Of a stretch of DNA of 64,000 nucleotides, positions 63,495 to 64,000 are shown one piece after another (position 1 is the stretch's first letter; every line of letters begins with the position of its first letter). The stretch is from assembly GCF_006345805.1 (NCBI RefSeq), contig NC_043012.1, positions 32,550,001 through 32,614,000 of the forward strand. The letters run 5' to 3'. Source of the stretch: Octopus sinensis (lineage: Eukaryota). The position numbers were made by a program, and so were the translations under genes. The notes under the pieces were generated by a model. That model was not told the origin of the DNA and did no database searches. It worked only from the letters and a program-made list of their open reading frames with translations.

Positions 63495-64000
63495 TCAATG
63501 CTGAAGTGTTTCTTTATCAAACATATATTCACCGAGGCCTTCGCCCAACTGCTTCAATCTCGAAATGTAATCAGAGATTTTCTTGATGTTTTCAACTTGT
63601 TTTCCAAGGGCGATCTTCTTCAGGAACCCAATCAGCTGAGGATCGCCGTTCTTTTTAGCGCACAAAACCAGCTTCAGAAATTGCTGGTTGATATTTTTCT
63701 CAACGACGAGCGAATATTCCATGGCCGAAGCACCAGAATCCCAAAACGAAGTCTCCGGTTCGTCGATATTCTGCAAGACAACGCGACCACCACGTTTGTT
63801 TTGGTACTCCATCAGTTTGTCCGCTTGATGGAGATGCTGACGGTTTAGCTGCTCGAAGAAGAGATGGAATCCCTTCAGAGCAACATCACTCCTGTCGTAA
63901 TGTGCAGCCTGGCACTGGTTCACGTAGGCTGACTTGAGTAACACGTTGATGCATTCGTTCAAAGTCTCCTCGCAATTGCGATGAAAATTCTGTCGAGCAG
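63495..64000 (-). CDS. Ferritin-like protein, intronless, 5' end beyond the window; ferroxidase centre degenerate
   Basis: Frame is open to the window edge: ..ARQNFHRNCEETLNECIN...DVALKGF...KLMEYQNKRGGRVVLQNI...EKNINQ...GLGEYMFDKETL. Colinear with cytosolic ferritins, no introns. Confidence 0.93.
   Translation of the reverse strand, partial: ARQNFHRNCEETLNECINVLLKSAYVNQCQAAHYDRSDVALKGFHLFFEQLNRQHLHQADKLMEYQNKRGGRVVLQNIDEPETSFWDSGASAMEYSLVVEKNINQQFLKLVLCAKKNGDPQLIGFLKKIALGKQVENIKKISDYISRLKQLGEGLGEYMFDKETLQH

Noticed and set aside
63498-63848. 116-aa ORF antisense to the ferritin
   Set aside because: Shadow frame of the real CDS.

Overview
AT-rich, microsatellite- and SINE-dense animal genomic DNA. 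The repeat families look like those of a cephalopod (probably Octopus); this is an inference. All three recognisable protein-coding loci are on the minus strand. (1) A complete 11-coding-exon TRIP4/ASC-1 gene (ATG 52537 to TAA 29794, 561 aa) with zf-C2HC5 and ASCH domains; I checked every splice phase by hand. (2) The first coding exon of mitochondrial ribosomal protein L24 (14041-13778), whose downstream exons I could not find in the window. (3) An intronless ferritin-fold ORF running off the right edge that has lost most ferroxidase and 3-fold-channel residues. The left 2.6 kb resembles the promoter and spliced 5' leader of an unidentified minus-strand gene. The rest is mobile DNA: several SINE families, Merlin-, piggyBac- and hAT-type MITEs, non-autonomous Helitrons, mariner remnants, and L1/Tx1, RTE, Penelope-like and Hero-like LINE fragments. 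The most interesting signal is a set of hammerhead-ribozyme motifs inside these remnants. One is a minimal type I hammerhead in sense orientation inside a TRIP4 intron. One has a compensatory G3-C8 core swap and sits in a foldback insertion. One is a candidate non-circularly permuted (rearranged) hammerhead in the 3' UTR of a Hero-like LINE. Repeat boundaries are approximate unless a target-site duplication (TSD) is given.
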